From NCBI GenBank assembly GCA_045545665.1, contig JAZQBL010000049.1, positions 4,631-68,630 of the forward strand: a stretch of 64,000 bases of DNA. The letters run 5' to 3'. Both the position numbers and the translations under genes were made by a program. Of this stretch, positions 27,185 through 36,669 are shown piece after piece. Each line of letters begins with the position of its first letter. The stretch's first letter is position 1. The DNA is from Eubacteriales bacterium (GTDB lineage Bacteria > Bacillota > Clostridia > Oscillospirales > CAG-272). The notes under the pieces were generated by a model. It was given only the letters and a program-made list of their open reading frames with translations. It searched no databases and was not told where the DNA came from.

Positions 27185-28345
27185 TCAGATCTCGGGGATA
27201 TCGATCTCGATCTCACGGCCGAGTTCAGCGGAACGGAATATACCGTCGATGATAGCCTGGTTGTAGATGATCTCACTTGAAGGAACAGGAGCGGGTGTGC
27301 CGTTCTTGATAGCGTCAAGGAACGAACGGATCTTCATATCGAAGAGCGAATCCTTGCCTGCTTCTGAAGCGAGCGGAACCTTTGTTTCTGTCTGCTTACC
27401 GCAAAGGTCGTGATACAGTGTCATAGCACCGCCGACTGTACCGTTCCAGCATTCTGTGGAAGGAATACGGAGCGCGCCCTTCTTACCGAAGATTATCGTA
27501 TCACCGGGTGTGTCAGCATGCATTGCCCATGAAATACGGAAGTCAAGAACGATACCGCCTTCAAGTCTTATAAATGCTGCTGCGAAGTCATCAACACCGA
27601 ATTTTGCAGCATATTCGGGGCAGGGCATATATTCGGGGTTAGTGCCGAAGAAGTCGGACTTGTAACCGGAAACCGTGATAGGCTTCGGATATCCGATAGC
27701 GTTAAGCACCATATCGAGCGAGTAGCATCCGATATCGCCGAGTGCGCCGATACCTGCTGTTTCTTTTTCGATGAACGACGTGCCGAAAGGAGTAGGTATA
27801 CCGCGTCTTCTTCCGCCGCCTGTCTGAATGTAGTAAATTTCACCGAGTGCGCCGCTTTCAACGATCTTCTTTATCATCTTCATATTGTCGTCGAAACGGG
27901 GCTGGAAGCCTATTGAAAGAACCTTGCCGCTCTTCTTTTCAGCACGGCAGATAGCAACTGCCTCGTCAAGAGTTACGCACATAGGCTTTTCAAGCAATAC
28001 GTTTACACCCTTTTCAAGAGCATATATCGTACATTCTGCGTGTGTCATATTATATGTGCAAACGCTTACAGCATCAAGGTCTGTTTCAGCGTCAAGCATT
28101 TCTTTGTGTGAAAGATACGTGCGGACACCTTCAAAACCGTGCTTTTTAAGGAATGCGTCTGCTTTTCCGGGAATAAGATCGGCAGCTGCCACGATCTCAA
28201 CGTCAGGCATTCTCTTATAGCTTGCCATATGTGCATCAGCTATCCAGCCTGTACCGATTATTCCTATCTTTAATTTTTTTGAAGCGTCAATTACCGCTTC
28301 TTTTTTCTGCTCTGTTTTGTAAGCATCAAGTATAGATTCAGCCAT
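27185..28345 (-). CDS. Gfo/Idh/MocA-family NAD(P)-dependent oxidoreductase
   Basis: N-terminal Rossmann motif KIGIIGTGWIA, a downstream EKP motif (LLEKPM), and a C-terminal alpha/beta domain. Confidence 0.9.
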   Translation of the reverse strand: MAESILDAYKTEQKKEAVIDASKKLKIGIIGTGWIADAHMASYKRMPDVEIVAAADLIPGKADAFLKKHGFEGVRTYLSHKEMLDAETDLDAVSVCTYNMTHAECTIYALEKGVNVLLEKPMCVTLDEAVAICRAEKKSGKVLSIGFQPRFDDNMKMIKKIVESGALGEIYYIQTGGGRRRGIPTPFGTSFIEKETAGIGALGDIGCYSLDMVLNAIGYPKPITVSGYKSDFFGTNPEYMPCPEYAAKFGVDDFAAAFIRLEGGIVLDFRISWAMHADTPGDTIIFGKKGALRIPSTECWNGTVGGAMTLYHDLCGKQTETKVPLASEAGKDSLFDMKIRSFLDAIKNGTPAPVPSSEIIYNQAIIDGIFRSAELGREIEIDIPEI

Positions 28346-28472
28346 TGTAATTATCTCCTTTCAGGCGTTTAGAATATTGTATCACATTAATTCGCAAAAT
28401 GCAATGTTTTTACAAAAATATTTATTACTTTTATTTTTAACCGTAAGTTTACGATAAATGCGAAAAAAAATA

Positions 28473-28500
28473 TTGACAAAACTGAAAAATGTGATATTAT
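28473..28500 (+). promoter_or_regulatory. sigma-A type promoter
   Basis: TTGACA (28473-28478), 16 nt, TATTAT (28495-28500). Confidence 0.5.
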
Positions 28501-28530
28501 GGATATATTACAGTTATGGGGTGTAATTTA

Positions 28531-28965
28531 ATGAAAAAGAAATGGGCTTTTGTTTACGAAAGGCTTAAAACGGGCTCTCTCATTTTTACGGTGTTTTTGT
28601 TTTTTTTGACTCTGTTATCTGAGAGTATGCACATAAAAGTACCGTATATTGCGATGTTTAACTACATTGTTCTGTTTATGTTTTCTATGGCGACAGCGTT
28701 TATAAATCTCGTCTTTAAGATCAAAAAAGTCGGGTTTCAAGTAAGGTTATTGCTTCACGCTGTTCTTATGATGATAAACGTATGCTTGCTGTTCTACTTC
28801 AACGGTATGTCCGTAAGCGGCGCACATATGACGCCGAAGACGCTTGTGGTCATCATAACCGCCGTTGCAATCGTTTACGCACTTGTGGATGCGGTCGTTC
28901 TTGTTATAAGCTTGTTTACTAAATCAAAGGGCGAGGAAGAATATTCCCCGATGTTCAAAAAATAA
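28531..28965 (+). CDS. hypothetical 4-TM membrane protein
   Basis: Hydrophobic segments throughout. ATG 28531 follows a GGGGTG RBS. No family recognised. Confidence 0.6.
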   Translation: MKKKWAFVYERLKTGSLIFTVFLFFLTLLSESMHIKVPYIAMFNYIVLFMFSMATAFINLVFKIKKVGFQVRLLLHAVLMMINVCLLFYFNGMSVSGAHMTPKTLVVIITAVAIVYALVDAVVLVISLFTKSKGEEEYSPMFKK

Positions 28966-28990
28966 AATTTCAGTATTTGTTTAAGGTAAA

Positions 28991-29551
28991 ATGAAAGAAA
29001 AAATATTAACCGTTCCAAATATAATTACGTCGTTCAGAATTTTAGGTTCATTGATATTGCTTTTGTTCATTGAACCGTTCACACGTGAGTTTTTTGTGCT
29101 TTATACCCTGTGCGGATTAAGCGACGTTGTTGACGGTATTGTTGCAAGAGCTACGAAGTCAACGACGGAATTCGGTTCAAAGCTTGACAGCGTTGCCGAT
29201 CTTTTATTCTATTTCGTGATGTTTATATGCATTATCGAAAAGCTTCTTGAAAGACTTCCGCTTTTTGTCTGGATTATGGGAATATCCGCCGTTGTAATAA
29301 GAATTGCTTCTTATCTTACCGCGGCGATAAAATATCACCGCTTTGCATCAATACATACGTATATGAACAAAGCAACCGGTGCTGTTATTTTCACCGTACC
29401 GTATTTCATATTGACAAACTTTCTTGTCGCTGTGTGTGTTTTACTCGGCATTGTGACGATAATCGCATCTCTTGAAGAATTGCTGATACATTTGACGTCG
29501 AAAAAATACGACCCGAGCAGAAAAACCATATTAAGACCTGCAGCTGTTTAA
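28991..29551 (+). CDS. CDP-alcohol phosphatidyltransferase family protein
   Basis: The motif DVVDGIVAR..(x)..G.KLDSVADLL matches D-x2-D-G-x2-A-R...G-x3-D-x3-D. Confidence 0.85.
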   Translation: MKEKILTVPNIITSFRILGSLILLLFIEPFTREFFVLYTLCGLSDVVDGIVARATKSTTEFGSKLDSVADLLFYFVMFICIIEKLLERLPLFVWIMGISAVVIRIASYLTAAIKYHRFASIHTYMNKATGAVIFTVPYFILTNFLVAVCVLLGIVTIIASLEELLIHLTSKKYDPSRKTILRPAAV

Positions 29552-29556
29552 AAACA

Positions 29557-29596
29557 AAACGGTAACCGATTTTCATCGGCTACCGTTTATTTTTTT
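29557..29596. terminator. bidirectional terminator between convergent genes
   Basis: aacggtaaccgat / atcggctaccgtt stem, loop tttc, with a T-run on the plus side and an A-run on the other side. Confidence 0.7.
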
Positions 29597-30863
29597 AAAG
29601 ATTGTCAAGGCTCTGTGCGATGTCTGCTATGATATCATCGACGTTTTCAAGTCCTACAGAGAATCTTATAAGTCCGGGGTTTATACCTGCGGCTACAAGC
29701 TGTTCGTCCGTAAGCTGGCGGTGAGTTGCACTTGCGGGATGAAGTACACACGTGCGGATGTCGGCAACGTGAACCTCGTTTGATGCAAGCTTAAGTCCGT
29801 CCATAAACTTGACAGCGGCGTTCTTTCCGCCTTTTATGAAGAACGTGACGACACCTGCGCAGCCGTCGGGAAGATATTTTTTCGCTCTTTCGTACATTAC
29901 GGGATCATTGTTGATGCCGGGATATACGACTTTTTCTATCTTGTCGCTTGCGGAAAGGAACTGTGCGACCTTCGTTGCGTTTTCACAGTATCTCTTCATT
30001 CTTACGTGAAGTGTTTCAAGACCGAGATTGAGCAAAAATGCCGAGTGCGCGGAAGGATATGCTCCGAAATCTCTCATAAGCTGCATTCTTGCTTTCGTTA
30101 TAAATGCCGCAGGAGCAGCAAAGTCAGCGTAAACGACACCGTGGTAAGACTCGTCCGGTTCTGTAAATTCGGGGAATTTACCCGAAGCTCTCCAGTCAAA
30201 CGTACCGCCGTCAACGATAACGCCGCCTACCTGAAGTGCATGTCCGTCCATGTATTTTGTTGTTGAATGAATAACGATATCTGCACCGTGTTCGATCGGA
30301 CGGCAAAGTATCGGAGTCGGGAAAGTGTTGTCTATTATGAGAGGTACTTTGTTTGCGTGAGCAACTTTTGCAAATTTTTCAATATCGAGAACAGTAAGCG
30401 CGGGATTTGCAAGCGTTTCACCGAAAACAGCCTTCGTGTTGGGCTTAAACGCCTTCATAAGCTCTTCTTCGTCTGCTTCGGGATTTACGAATATACATTC
30501 GATACCGAGCTTTTTAAGCGTGAAGGAGAAAAGGTTTACAGTTCCGCCGTATATTTCGGATGCGGCAATGAAGCTGTCGCCGCTGTGGCAAAGATTAAGT
30601 ATTGAAAGAAGGGAAGCTGCCTGACCGGATGAGGTACACATAGCACCGACACCGCCTTCAAGCTCTGCTATCTTTTTTTCCACAACCTCGACTGTGGGGT
30701 TTGAAAAACGTGAATACATATGCGCCGTGGGCATATCGAAAAGCTCACCTATATGCTCGGTTGAATCAAATACGTACGTTGTACTCTGTACGATCGGCAT
30801 AACACGGGGACCGCCGTTTTCGGGCTTATAGCCTGCATGCAGGCACTTTGTTTCTATTTTCAT
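29595..30863 (-). CDS. metY: O-acetylhomoserine sulfhydrylase / aminocarboxypropyltransferase (MetY family, PLP)
   Basis: Cys/Met-metabolism PLP fold: STTKYMDGH (PLP lysine), ..RFSNPT.., ..IRFSVGLE... Confidence 0.9.
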   Translation of the reverse strand: MKIETKCLHAGYKPENGGPRVMPIVQSTTYVFDSTEHIGELFDMPTAHMYSRFSNPTVEVVEKKIAELEGGVGAMCTSSGQAASLLSILNLCHSGDSFIAASEIYGGTVNLFSFTLKKLGIECIFVNPEADEEELMKAFKPNTKAVFGETLANPALTVLDIEKFAKVAHANKVPLIIDNTFPTPILCRPIEHGADIVIHSTTKYMDGHALQVGGVIVDGGTFDWRASGKFPEFTEPDESYHGVVYADFAAPAAFITKARMQLMRDFGAYPSAHSAFLLNLGLETLHVRMKRYCENATKVAQFLSASDKIEKVVYPGINNDPVMYERAKKYLPDGCAGVVTFFIKGGKNAAVKFMDGLKLASNEVHVADIRTCVLHPASATHRQLTDEQLVAAGINPGLIRFSVGLENVDDIIADIAQSLDNL

Positions 30864-32032
30864 TTTTTATGACCTTTCCTTTCTGAAATAGGATGATTTT
30901 TTTTATGAATGCCAACGCTCATTACAGCGCCGAGACACATATACAAACTTACTATTGAAGAACCGCCGTAGCTGATAAACGGCAAGGTTATTCCGATGAC
31001 GGGCAAAAGCCCGAGACACATTCCGACGTTTTCGAGCGTCTGAAATATAAATATCGTTGCAACACCGACGCATATAAACATACCGTAGCTGTCTCTGTTG
31101 CGTCTTGCGATGATAAGAATACGCAATACGAGGATTATTATCAGAGCAAAGAATACAACAGCGCCTATAAAGCCGAATTCTTCACACATGACGGCGAATA
31201 TCATATCGGTTTGTCTTGCGGGAAGTGTTGATTCGTACGGGCTTTGCGATATCGTACCGCTTGCGTAACCGCATCCCGAAAAGCCGCCGTTTGCAATGGC
31301 GCGCATACTTTGCAACACCTGATACCCGTATCCTTCGGGATCCTGTGTAGGATCGAAACCGACGAGGATACGCATCCTCTGGTACTCATTGAGAACCTTC
31401 CACATTATCGGAGAAATAGCAACGAGAATACCGCCGGCACCGATAAAATACCAAAAACTGACACCTGCACAAAAACACATTACGGCAAATATTATTCCGA
31501 AGGAAATAAGCGCGCCGAGGTCCATTTCAAGCATAACGCATACCATGATGACACCGCCGTGCAAGCATATCATCAAAAGGCTTTTAAGACTGTTGATGTT
31601 GCCCCGCTTCAATATTCCCAGATGATAGCCGAAGGTCATTATAAACAGTATCTTTACGACCTCCGCAGGCTGTAGGTTTACGCCCACTCCCGGAATCGAG
31701 ATCCAGCTGTCATTGTTGCCCAAAGACCCGTGAAGCATCGACGGGATATCCTCCGCTATAGGAAGGATCAAAAGCGCACACGATGCAAGAAACATCGGTA
31801 TTGCCATTCTTTTTAAAAGTCTGTCGTAATCAATAAGCGACAAAACTATCATTGTGAAAAATCCTATCGTTGATGCCATTATCTGAACGGTCGTAAGATT
31901 ATTTTCACCGAGATAATTTACAGCAGACGATATAACTATTATCCCGTAGACCGTAAGCAAAACGGCGGGGATAAGCAGAAAAACGTCCAGCTTTTTTAAA
32001 TTATCGAAAAGATTGCTCTCGTATTTTTTCAT
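30860..32032 (-). CDS. SEDS-family protein (FtsW/RodA/SpoVE)
   Basis: 10-TM profile. Conserved QPAE.VKI, ..LP...TD.IFA...EE.GF.G.. and LP..G..LPF.SYGGSS motifs. Confidence 0.9.
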   Translation of the reverse strand: MKKYESNLFDNLKKLDVFLLIPAVLLTVYGIIVISSAVNYLGENNLTTVQIMASTIGFFTMIVLSLIDYDRLLKRMAIPMFLASCALLILPIAEDIPSMLHGSLGNNDSWISIPGVGVNLQPAEVVKILFIMTFGYHLGILKRGNINSLKSLLMICLHGGVIMVCVMLEMDLGALISFGIIFAVMCFCAGVSFWYFIGAGGILVAISPIMWKVLNEYQRMRILVGFDPTQDPEGYGYQVLQSMRAIANGGFSGCGYASGTISQSPYESTLPARQTDMIFAVMCEEFGFIGAVVFFALIIILVLRILIIARRNRDSYGMFICVGVATIFIFQTLENVGMCLGLLPVIGITLPFISYGGSSIVSLYMCLGAVMSVGIHKKNHPISERKGHKK

Positions 32033-32041
32033 TATGCGTTA

Positions 32042-32674
32042 TCAGATAAAGAAACCCTTTGCAGCCTCGGCACACGATGCGGCGTCGGGCGTGTAGGAGT
32101 CTGCGCCTATCTCGTCTGCAAATTTTTGTGAAAGCGGCGCACCGCCGACCATTACCTTTACGTCTTTTCGTATTCCTGCTTCTTCAAGTGCCGAAATGAC
32201 GTTTTTCATTTCGGGCATAGTCGTGGTAAGAAGAGAGGAAAGGCAAACGATCTTTGCGTTGGTTCTTTTTACGGCTTCCACTATTTTTTCTGCGGGAACG
32301 TCAACACCGAGATCCTCGCACGAGATGCCTGCACCTTCTATCATCATTTTTACAAGGTTTTTGCCTATGTCGTGTTTGTCGCCTTTTACCGTGCATATAA
32401 CAGCACGTCCGATCGGCTCAACACCTACTGCCGTAAGTGCGGGCTTGAGTATCTTTACACCGCTGTCCATAGCACGTGCCGCCATCATTACCTCGGGCAG
32501 ATAAAGCTCACCCGATTTGAATTTTTCACCGACAATGCTCATACCAAAGATAAGTCCGCCGTTGAGTATTTCTTCAGCGCCGACACCTTCTTCAAGTGCT
32601 TGCTTTATCAGAGCTTCAAGCTCACGTCCTCTTCCTTTTTGCAATTTTTCGGATATCTGTTCGAGTATCGTCAC
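32042..32674 (-). CDS. stand-alone corrinoid (B12-binding) protein, MtaC/MetH-cap-plus-B12 type
   Basis: B12-binding_2 cap followed by the GDKHDIGKNLV (D-x-H-x2-G), SSLLTTT and GGAP motifs. GTG 32674 follows RBS GGAGGTG. The longer ORF-track start would overlap the predicted promoter. Confidence 0.85.
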   Translation of the reverse strand: MTILEQISEKLQKGRGRELEALIKQALEEGVGAEEILNGGLIFGMSIVGEKFKSGELYLPEVMMAARAMDSGVKILKPALTAVGVEPIGRAVICTVKGDKHDIGKNLVKMMIEGAGISCEDLGVDVPAEKIVEAVKRTNAKIVCLSSLLTTTMPEMKNVISALEEAGIRKDVKVMVGGAPLSQKFADEIGADSYTPDAASCAEAAKGFFI

Positions 32675-32726
32675 ACCGACACCTCCGTAATCAAAGTAAA
32701 TTATTATAATATAACAAACCGATTTT

Positions 32727-32755
32727 ATCATATCACAAACTGCTTAAAAAATCAA
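32727..32755 (-). promoter_or_regulatory. sigma-A type promoter for the corrinoid-SEDS-metY operon
   Basis: Minus strand TTGATT, 17 nt, TATGAT. The leader to the GTG is only about 45 nt. Confidence 0.5.
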
Positions 32756-32912
32756 CACATTTTTATAAATTATGTAAAAACGTCACCACTTGAAATATGC
32801 AAATATTTGTGATACAATTAACACACATAAAATCTGTTTGATAAAAGAGCCGGTGCTCTTACGTCTTCTGACGGGCACGGCGTTAATTTTGTAATTGCGA
32901 AGGTGCGAAAAG

Positions 32913-33353
32913 ATGAAAACTGTGAATATATATACAGACGGGGCGTGCAGAGGAAATCCCGGTCCCGGCGGTTGGGGCGCTGTCCTTGTGTACGAAGGTG
33001 TCGAAAAGCGTATATGCGGCGGAGATAAAGAAACGACGAACAATAAAATGGAGCTTACGGCAGTCATAGAAGCTCTCAAGCTTCTTAAATATCCGTGCCG
33101 TGTCATACTTTGCTCTGATTCTAAATACGTTATAGACGGATTGAAGCTCGGCTGGGCAAAAGGCTGGCAGAAAAAGGGATGGAAAAAAAGCGACGGAAAG
33201 CCTGCGCTCAATCCCGAACTTTGGGAAAAGCTGTTATCTCTTACGGACATCCACGATATGGAATACATTTGGGTAAAAGGCCATAACGGTCATAAATACA
33301 ACGAAATATGCGACGAAATGGCAACGGCGGAAGCCGACCGCTTCGGTATATAA
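32913..33353 (+). CDS. rnhA: ribonuclease HI
   Basis: IYTDGACRGNPGPGGWGAVL.., TNNKMELTAVIEAL, D..YV and W.KV.GH..H..NE.CD. Confidence 0.93.
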   Translation: MKTVNIYTDGACRGNPGPGGWGAVLVYEGVEKRICGGDKETTNNKMELTAVIEALKLLKYPCRVILCSDSKYVIDGLKLGWAKGWQKKGWKKSDGKPALNPELWEKLLSLTDIHDMEYIWVKGHNGHKYNEICDEMATAEADRFGI

Positions 33354-33362
33354 AGGAGACGT

Positions 33363-34106
33363 ATGAAAAAATATGCACTCGTAACGGGAGCCACATCCGG
33401 AATAGGAAAGCAAATTGCGGTGATCCTTACACAAAAAGGATATAAAGTGATCGCCTGCGGAAGAAACAGAGCGGTGCTTTCGGCACTTGCCGAGCAGTAC
33501 GGTATGATACCGCAGCTGTGCGATCTTTCAAATAAGGAACAGTGCGTCGAGCTTCATAAAAAGTACAGCGATCTCAACGTTACCGCTGTCGTGAACTGTG
33601 CAGGCTTCGGATTTGTACGTGATTTCGATAAGATATCAGTCGATGACGACGTTGATATGATAAACGTAAATATAACCTCATTGCAGATACTGACAAAGCT
33701 GTTTTCGCAAACGATGAAAAAGGGAGTTATTATGAACGTATGTTCCTCCGCGGCATTCACTCCCGAGCCTCTTATGGCATCGTATGCTGCATCAAAGGCA
33801 TACGTTTATTCCTACAGCAGAGCAGTCGATTACGAGCTTAAAAAACGCAGATCAAGGGTACACGTCTGCGTCATCTGCCCCGGGGCAGTCAGCACACCTT
33901 TTGAAAAAACAGCAGGTGTTTCAAAGCCTCTTAAAGGAATAAGTGCGGAAAAATGTGCAAAATGCACGGTCGATGCAATGGAAAAACGTGCAGACGTTAC
34001 GATAGTCGGTACGAAAATGAAGCTTGCCGTGCTTTTGTCAAAGCTTCTTTCCGAAAACACGGTCTTGAAGCTGCAGTATAAAATACAGGGATCAAAGCTG
34101 AAATGA
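33363..34106 (+). CDS. SDR-family oxidoreductase
   Basis: TGATSGIGK cofactor motif, the NCAG motif (VVNCAGFG), and the YAASK catalytic Y-x3-K. Confidence 0.9.
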   Translation: MKKYALVTGATSGIGKQIAVILTQKGYKVIACGRNRAVLSALAEQYGMIPQLCDLSNKEQCVELHKKYSDLNVTAVVNCAGFGFVRDFDKISVDDDVDMINVNITSLQILTKLFSQTMKKGVIMNVCSSAAFTPEPLMASYAASKAYVYSYSRAVDYELKKRRSRVHVCVICPGAVSTPFEKTAGVSKPLKGISAEKCAKCTVDAMEKRADVTIVGTKMKLAVLLSKLLSENTVLKLQYKIQGSKLK

Positions 34107-35695
34107 CGTATTTAAAAAGAATATTACCTCTCGTTATTGCCGTTATTCTTTCGCTTTCCTGCGTGTGCGCCGAAACGGAAAAAGCGGAAGGCTTTTCGGT
34201 AACGTACAGAGATTGTTTATCGGCTGAATCTGTTGCTGTATACGATGCGTTTTTGAAAAACGCCCATCTAATGAAGGACGGTAAGAGTAATGTCAAAATA
34301 TATTTTGAAAACGGAGTGCCCGAAAAGGATATAAACAGAGTTATGCAGAGTGCGGCATCCGCTTTTTCGCTTGACCATCCGGAGCTTTTCTGGATATCTC
34401 ATAACAGACTTTCGTTTGTATATACGGTAACGGATGGCGCCGTATACAGTATTACTGCCGAAAAGAAGGAAGATGAAGAAAATTATTACGCCCTTCCTTA
34501 TACGTCAAAAGACGAGATAGAAGAAGATGAAAGACTCATGCGCAGTAAAATGGACGATATATTAAAACGCGCTGAGGAATGCAGATCCGTCTTTGAGAAA
34601 ATACTTTTGTTTCACGATACGCTATGCAAGATGAATGTGTATAATTCGTACGTAAATAAAGGCGAAAACGAAAAAGCCGACGCAAGAGCGTGGGAAGCGA
34701 CGTCCGCTTTTTTAAGTGATAACGACCCCGAAAAAGGTCCTGTGTGTGAGGGCTATTCAAAAGCGTTCAAAATGCTGTGCGATGCTGTCGGTATTCCGTG
34801 CGTTCTCATCCCCGGCGACGGTATCGGACACGACGGAAAGGTGTCCCCTCATATGTGGTGCGCCGTATACGTTCATGATAAGTGGTACGGTGTTGACGTA
34901 ACGTGGGATGATCCTGCTGCGAATAACGAGTTGTATGCGGTGCGGTATACGTATCTTCTTTGCGGAAGCAGTACGGAGGATTTCGAAAAAAAACATATAC
35001 CCGACGTTGAAAAATTTTTCTCGGTTTATTTTCCCACACCCGATATTTCCGAAACTCCGTATAAGCACGATGACAGTATTGAGTATACTTTTGTTGAAGT
35101 GTCCGACGTTACTGCCGTGTATGAAGACACCGCCGCAGTTACAGTTACCGTTTTAAACGACGGAAATGCATTGAAACACGAAAGCGTGAAGCTTTACAGA
35201 AATTCAGCTCACGAAGATAATTATATCGGTGAATATAAGCTCGAAAAAGGCGTCTGCCGTGCGGAATTTGAAACACTCGGTATGTCGAGCCTCAACGACG
35301 TGCGTATCGTTGCAAGGTACGGCGGCAACGTATCGGCGGGAAATATGAATATAAAACCGAAAGAAGCCGATATCGACGTTTCGCAAATAAGAGTGGAATA
35401 TTCAAGCGGTGTGCCGTACCATACGGGAAAGCTCACCGCCTCTGACGGTATATCGCTTCATTATACTCAAAGATCCGAATTATCAGAAGACGGAAAAAAA
35501 CTTACGGTGTATTTTTCTGACATAGCACCGTTTGATGACGATTACATAACAGCTGACAGCATAAGCACTGAATTTGATATAAACATTACGGATTATGAAA
35601 ACGCTGAAGACGGCGGAAAGAATTACGTATATCTCGGCGTATGTGCGATAGGTGTTGTTTTATGTATGATAGTGTCACATTCGAAAAGAAAATAA
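34103..35695 (+). CDS. secreted, membrane-tethered transglutaminase-like cysteine-protease-fold protein
   Basis: Signal peptide. Core GPVCEGYSKAFKMLCDAVGIPC...HMWCAVYV..KWYGVDVTWDD (a Cys-His-Asp arrangement). C-terminal TM helix. Confidence 0.8.
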   Translation: MTYLKRILPLVIAVILSLSCVCAETEKAEGFSVTYRDCLSAESVAVYDAFLKNAHLMKDGKSNVKIYFENGVPEKDINRVMQSAASAFSLDHPELFWISHNRLSFVYTVTDGAVYSITAEKKEDEENYYALPYTSKDEIEEDERLMRSKMDDILKRAEECRSVFEKILLFHDTLCKMNVYNSYVNKGENEKADARAWEATSAFLSDNDPEKGPVCEGYSKAFKMLCDAVGIPCVLIPGDGIGHDGKVSPHMWCAVYVHDKWYGVDVTWDDPAANNELYAVRYTYLLCGSSTEDFEKKHIPDVEKFFSVYFPTPDISETPYKHDDSIEYTFVEVSDVTAVYEDTAAVTVTVLNDGNALKHESVKLYRNSAHEDNYIGEYKLEKGVCRAEFETLGMSSLNDVRIVARYGGNVSAGNMNIKPKEADIDVSQIRVEYSSGVPYHTGKLTASDGISLHYTQRSELSEDGKKLTVYFSDIAPFDDDYITADSISTEFDINITDYENAEDGGKNYVYLGVCAIGVVLCMIVSHSKRK

Positions 35696-35784
35696 TGTGT
35701 CAAACTTAAACCGTTGTCATATTATATCAGTGAGGGTACGGTGTACTCTCCTGAAAATAATATACTACGGAGGACAATACCAAA

Positions 35785-36618
35785 GTGTCAGATAACAGAA
35801 ACGGCTGTTGCTCCGGGAATATCGGTAATTCCCGTGATCTTGCCTATATAGATACCTACCGCATACTTGACAGTTGCAGAGATAAAGACTGCTTTGAGGA
35901 CGTACCGGTCTTTCTTACCGACTACGGACGTGACGTTGTAGAACATTCGAGCAACGTTCGTACTTGCTCGGCATCCATTGCCGCAACGAATATTACGGTG
36001 AATCCCGTACCGTTCAACAGAGGTTTTTATCAGATAGATATACGCATATACGTCAGAATGACGTTTGAATGCTGCGTGTGTATGTCTAACCGCCAGATAA
36101 TAGAGGGTATTGCGGTCTGTGATAAAAAAGTTGTACTTTTCGGAAGTGAGGGTAACGTTTCGATATTCAGAAGCAATCCCGACGAGGATAATTTCTGTGC
36201 TATTCCCGATCTTTCCAATAACGGATGCGTTTCGACGAATCTTCCCGTTGCGGTCGTTGAACTTGCAGACCCCGTGATACTGACTACGCGTATTCTTGAA
36301 AAACAGCAGTGCGGCTGCTGTTGCTGCTGCTGTTCGGCAAGTGAGGTGCCGCACAGCGTTTGTGCAAGAATATCGGGTGATCTTTCGGACCCCGGCGACA
36401 AATTTTTAGCCGTGTCGATAGGCTTCTTTTCCGTTACGAGAATAGAACGCCCCGAACAGTATCTTATAAATGCAACGGAATATTCCGTTCCCGAAAAGGA
36501 ATGCGAGTTTGTCGAAAGCGACGATCCTTGCTCTGTATTCCGTTCGATGGACTTCCCCGTGAATGAATTTTCTCCTCCCGGAATACAAAAACCGAATCCC
36601 CACTGCAGAAAAAACTAA
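35785..36618 (+). CDS. cysteine-rich cytoplasmic protein of unknown function (22 Cys in 277 aa, contains CGCCCCCC)
   Basis: Long ORF with a GTG start downstream of GGAGGA and a terminator downstream. No signal peptide. N-terminal GCCSG and SCRDKDCFED, central ECCVC, and run QQCGCCCCCCS at about nt 36301-36335. No family recognised. Confidence 0.6.
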   Translation: MSDNRNGCCSGNIGNSRDLAYIDTYRILDSCRDKDCFEDVPVFLTDYGRDVVEHSSNVRTCSASIAATNITVNPVPFNRGFYQIDIRIYVRMTFECCVCMSNRQIIEGIAVCDKKVVLFGSEGNVSIFRSNPDEDNFCAIPDLSNNGCVSTNLPVAVVELADPVILTTRILEKQQCGCCCCCCSASEVPHSVCARISGDLSDPGDKFLAVSIGFFSVTRIERPEQYLINATEYSVPEKECEFVESDDPCSVFRSMDFPVNEFSPPGIQKPNPHCRKN

Positions 36619-36640
36619 ATATCAGCTGAATTGCGATAAA

Positions 36641-36669
36641 ACAGCGGAGATCTTCTTCGCTGTTTTTTT
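36641..36669 (+). terminator. rho-independent terminator
   Basis: acagcgg..ccgctgt-type hairpin followed by TTTTTTT. Confidence 0.7.

Noticed and set aside
32675-32912. Looked for a SAM (S-box) or cobalamin riboswitch upstream of the corrinoid-SEDS-metY operon.
   Set aside because: The predicted promoter leaves a leader of only about 45 nt, and I see no conserved riboswitch core sequences or terminator/antiterminator pair.
32783-33268. 161-aa minus-strand ORF.
   Set aside because: It is fully antisense to rnhA, whose RNase HI motifs are unambiguous. The antisense product is a low-complexity S/P/F-rich sequence with no RBS.
36301-36335. Considered the TGC/TGT codon run as a slippage-prone microsatellite or phase-variation tract.
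   Set aside because: There are only about 7 mixed TGC/TGT codons, interrupted by GGC. It is not a perfect repeat, so it is too short and heterogeneous for a convincing contingency locus.
35788-36401. Two long minus-strand ORFs (188 aa and 123 aa) with AAATAAA and QQQQQQ runs.
   Set aside because: They are mirror images of the Cys-codon run and lie antisense to the plus-strand ORF, which has the RBS and terminator. Their composition is R/K/T-rich and junk-like.
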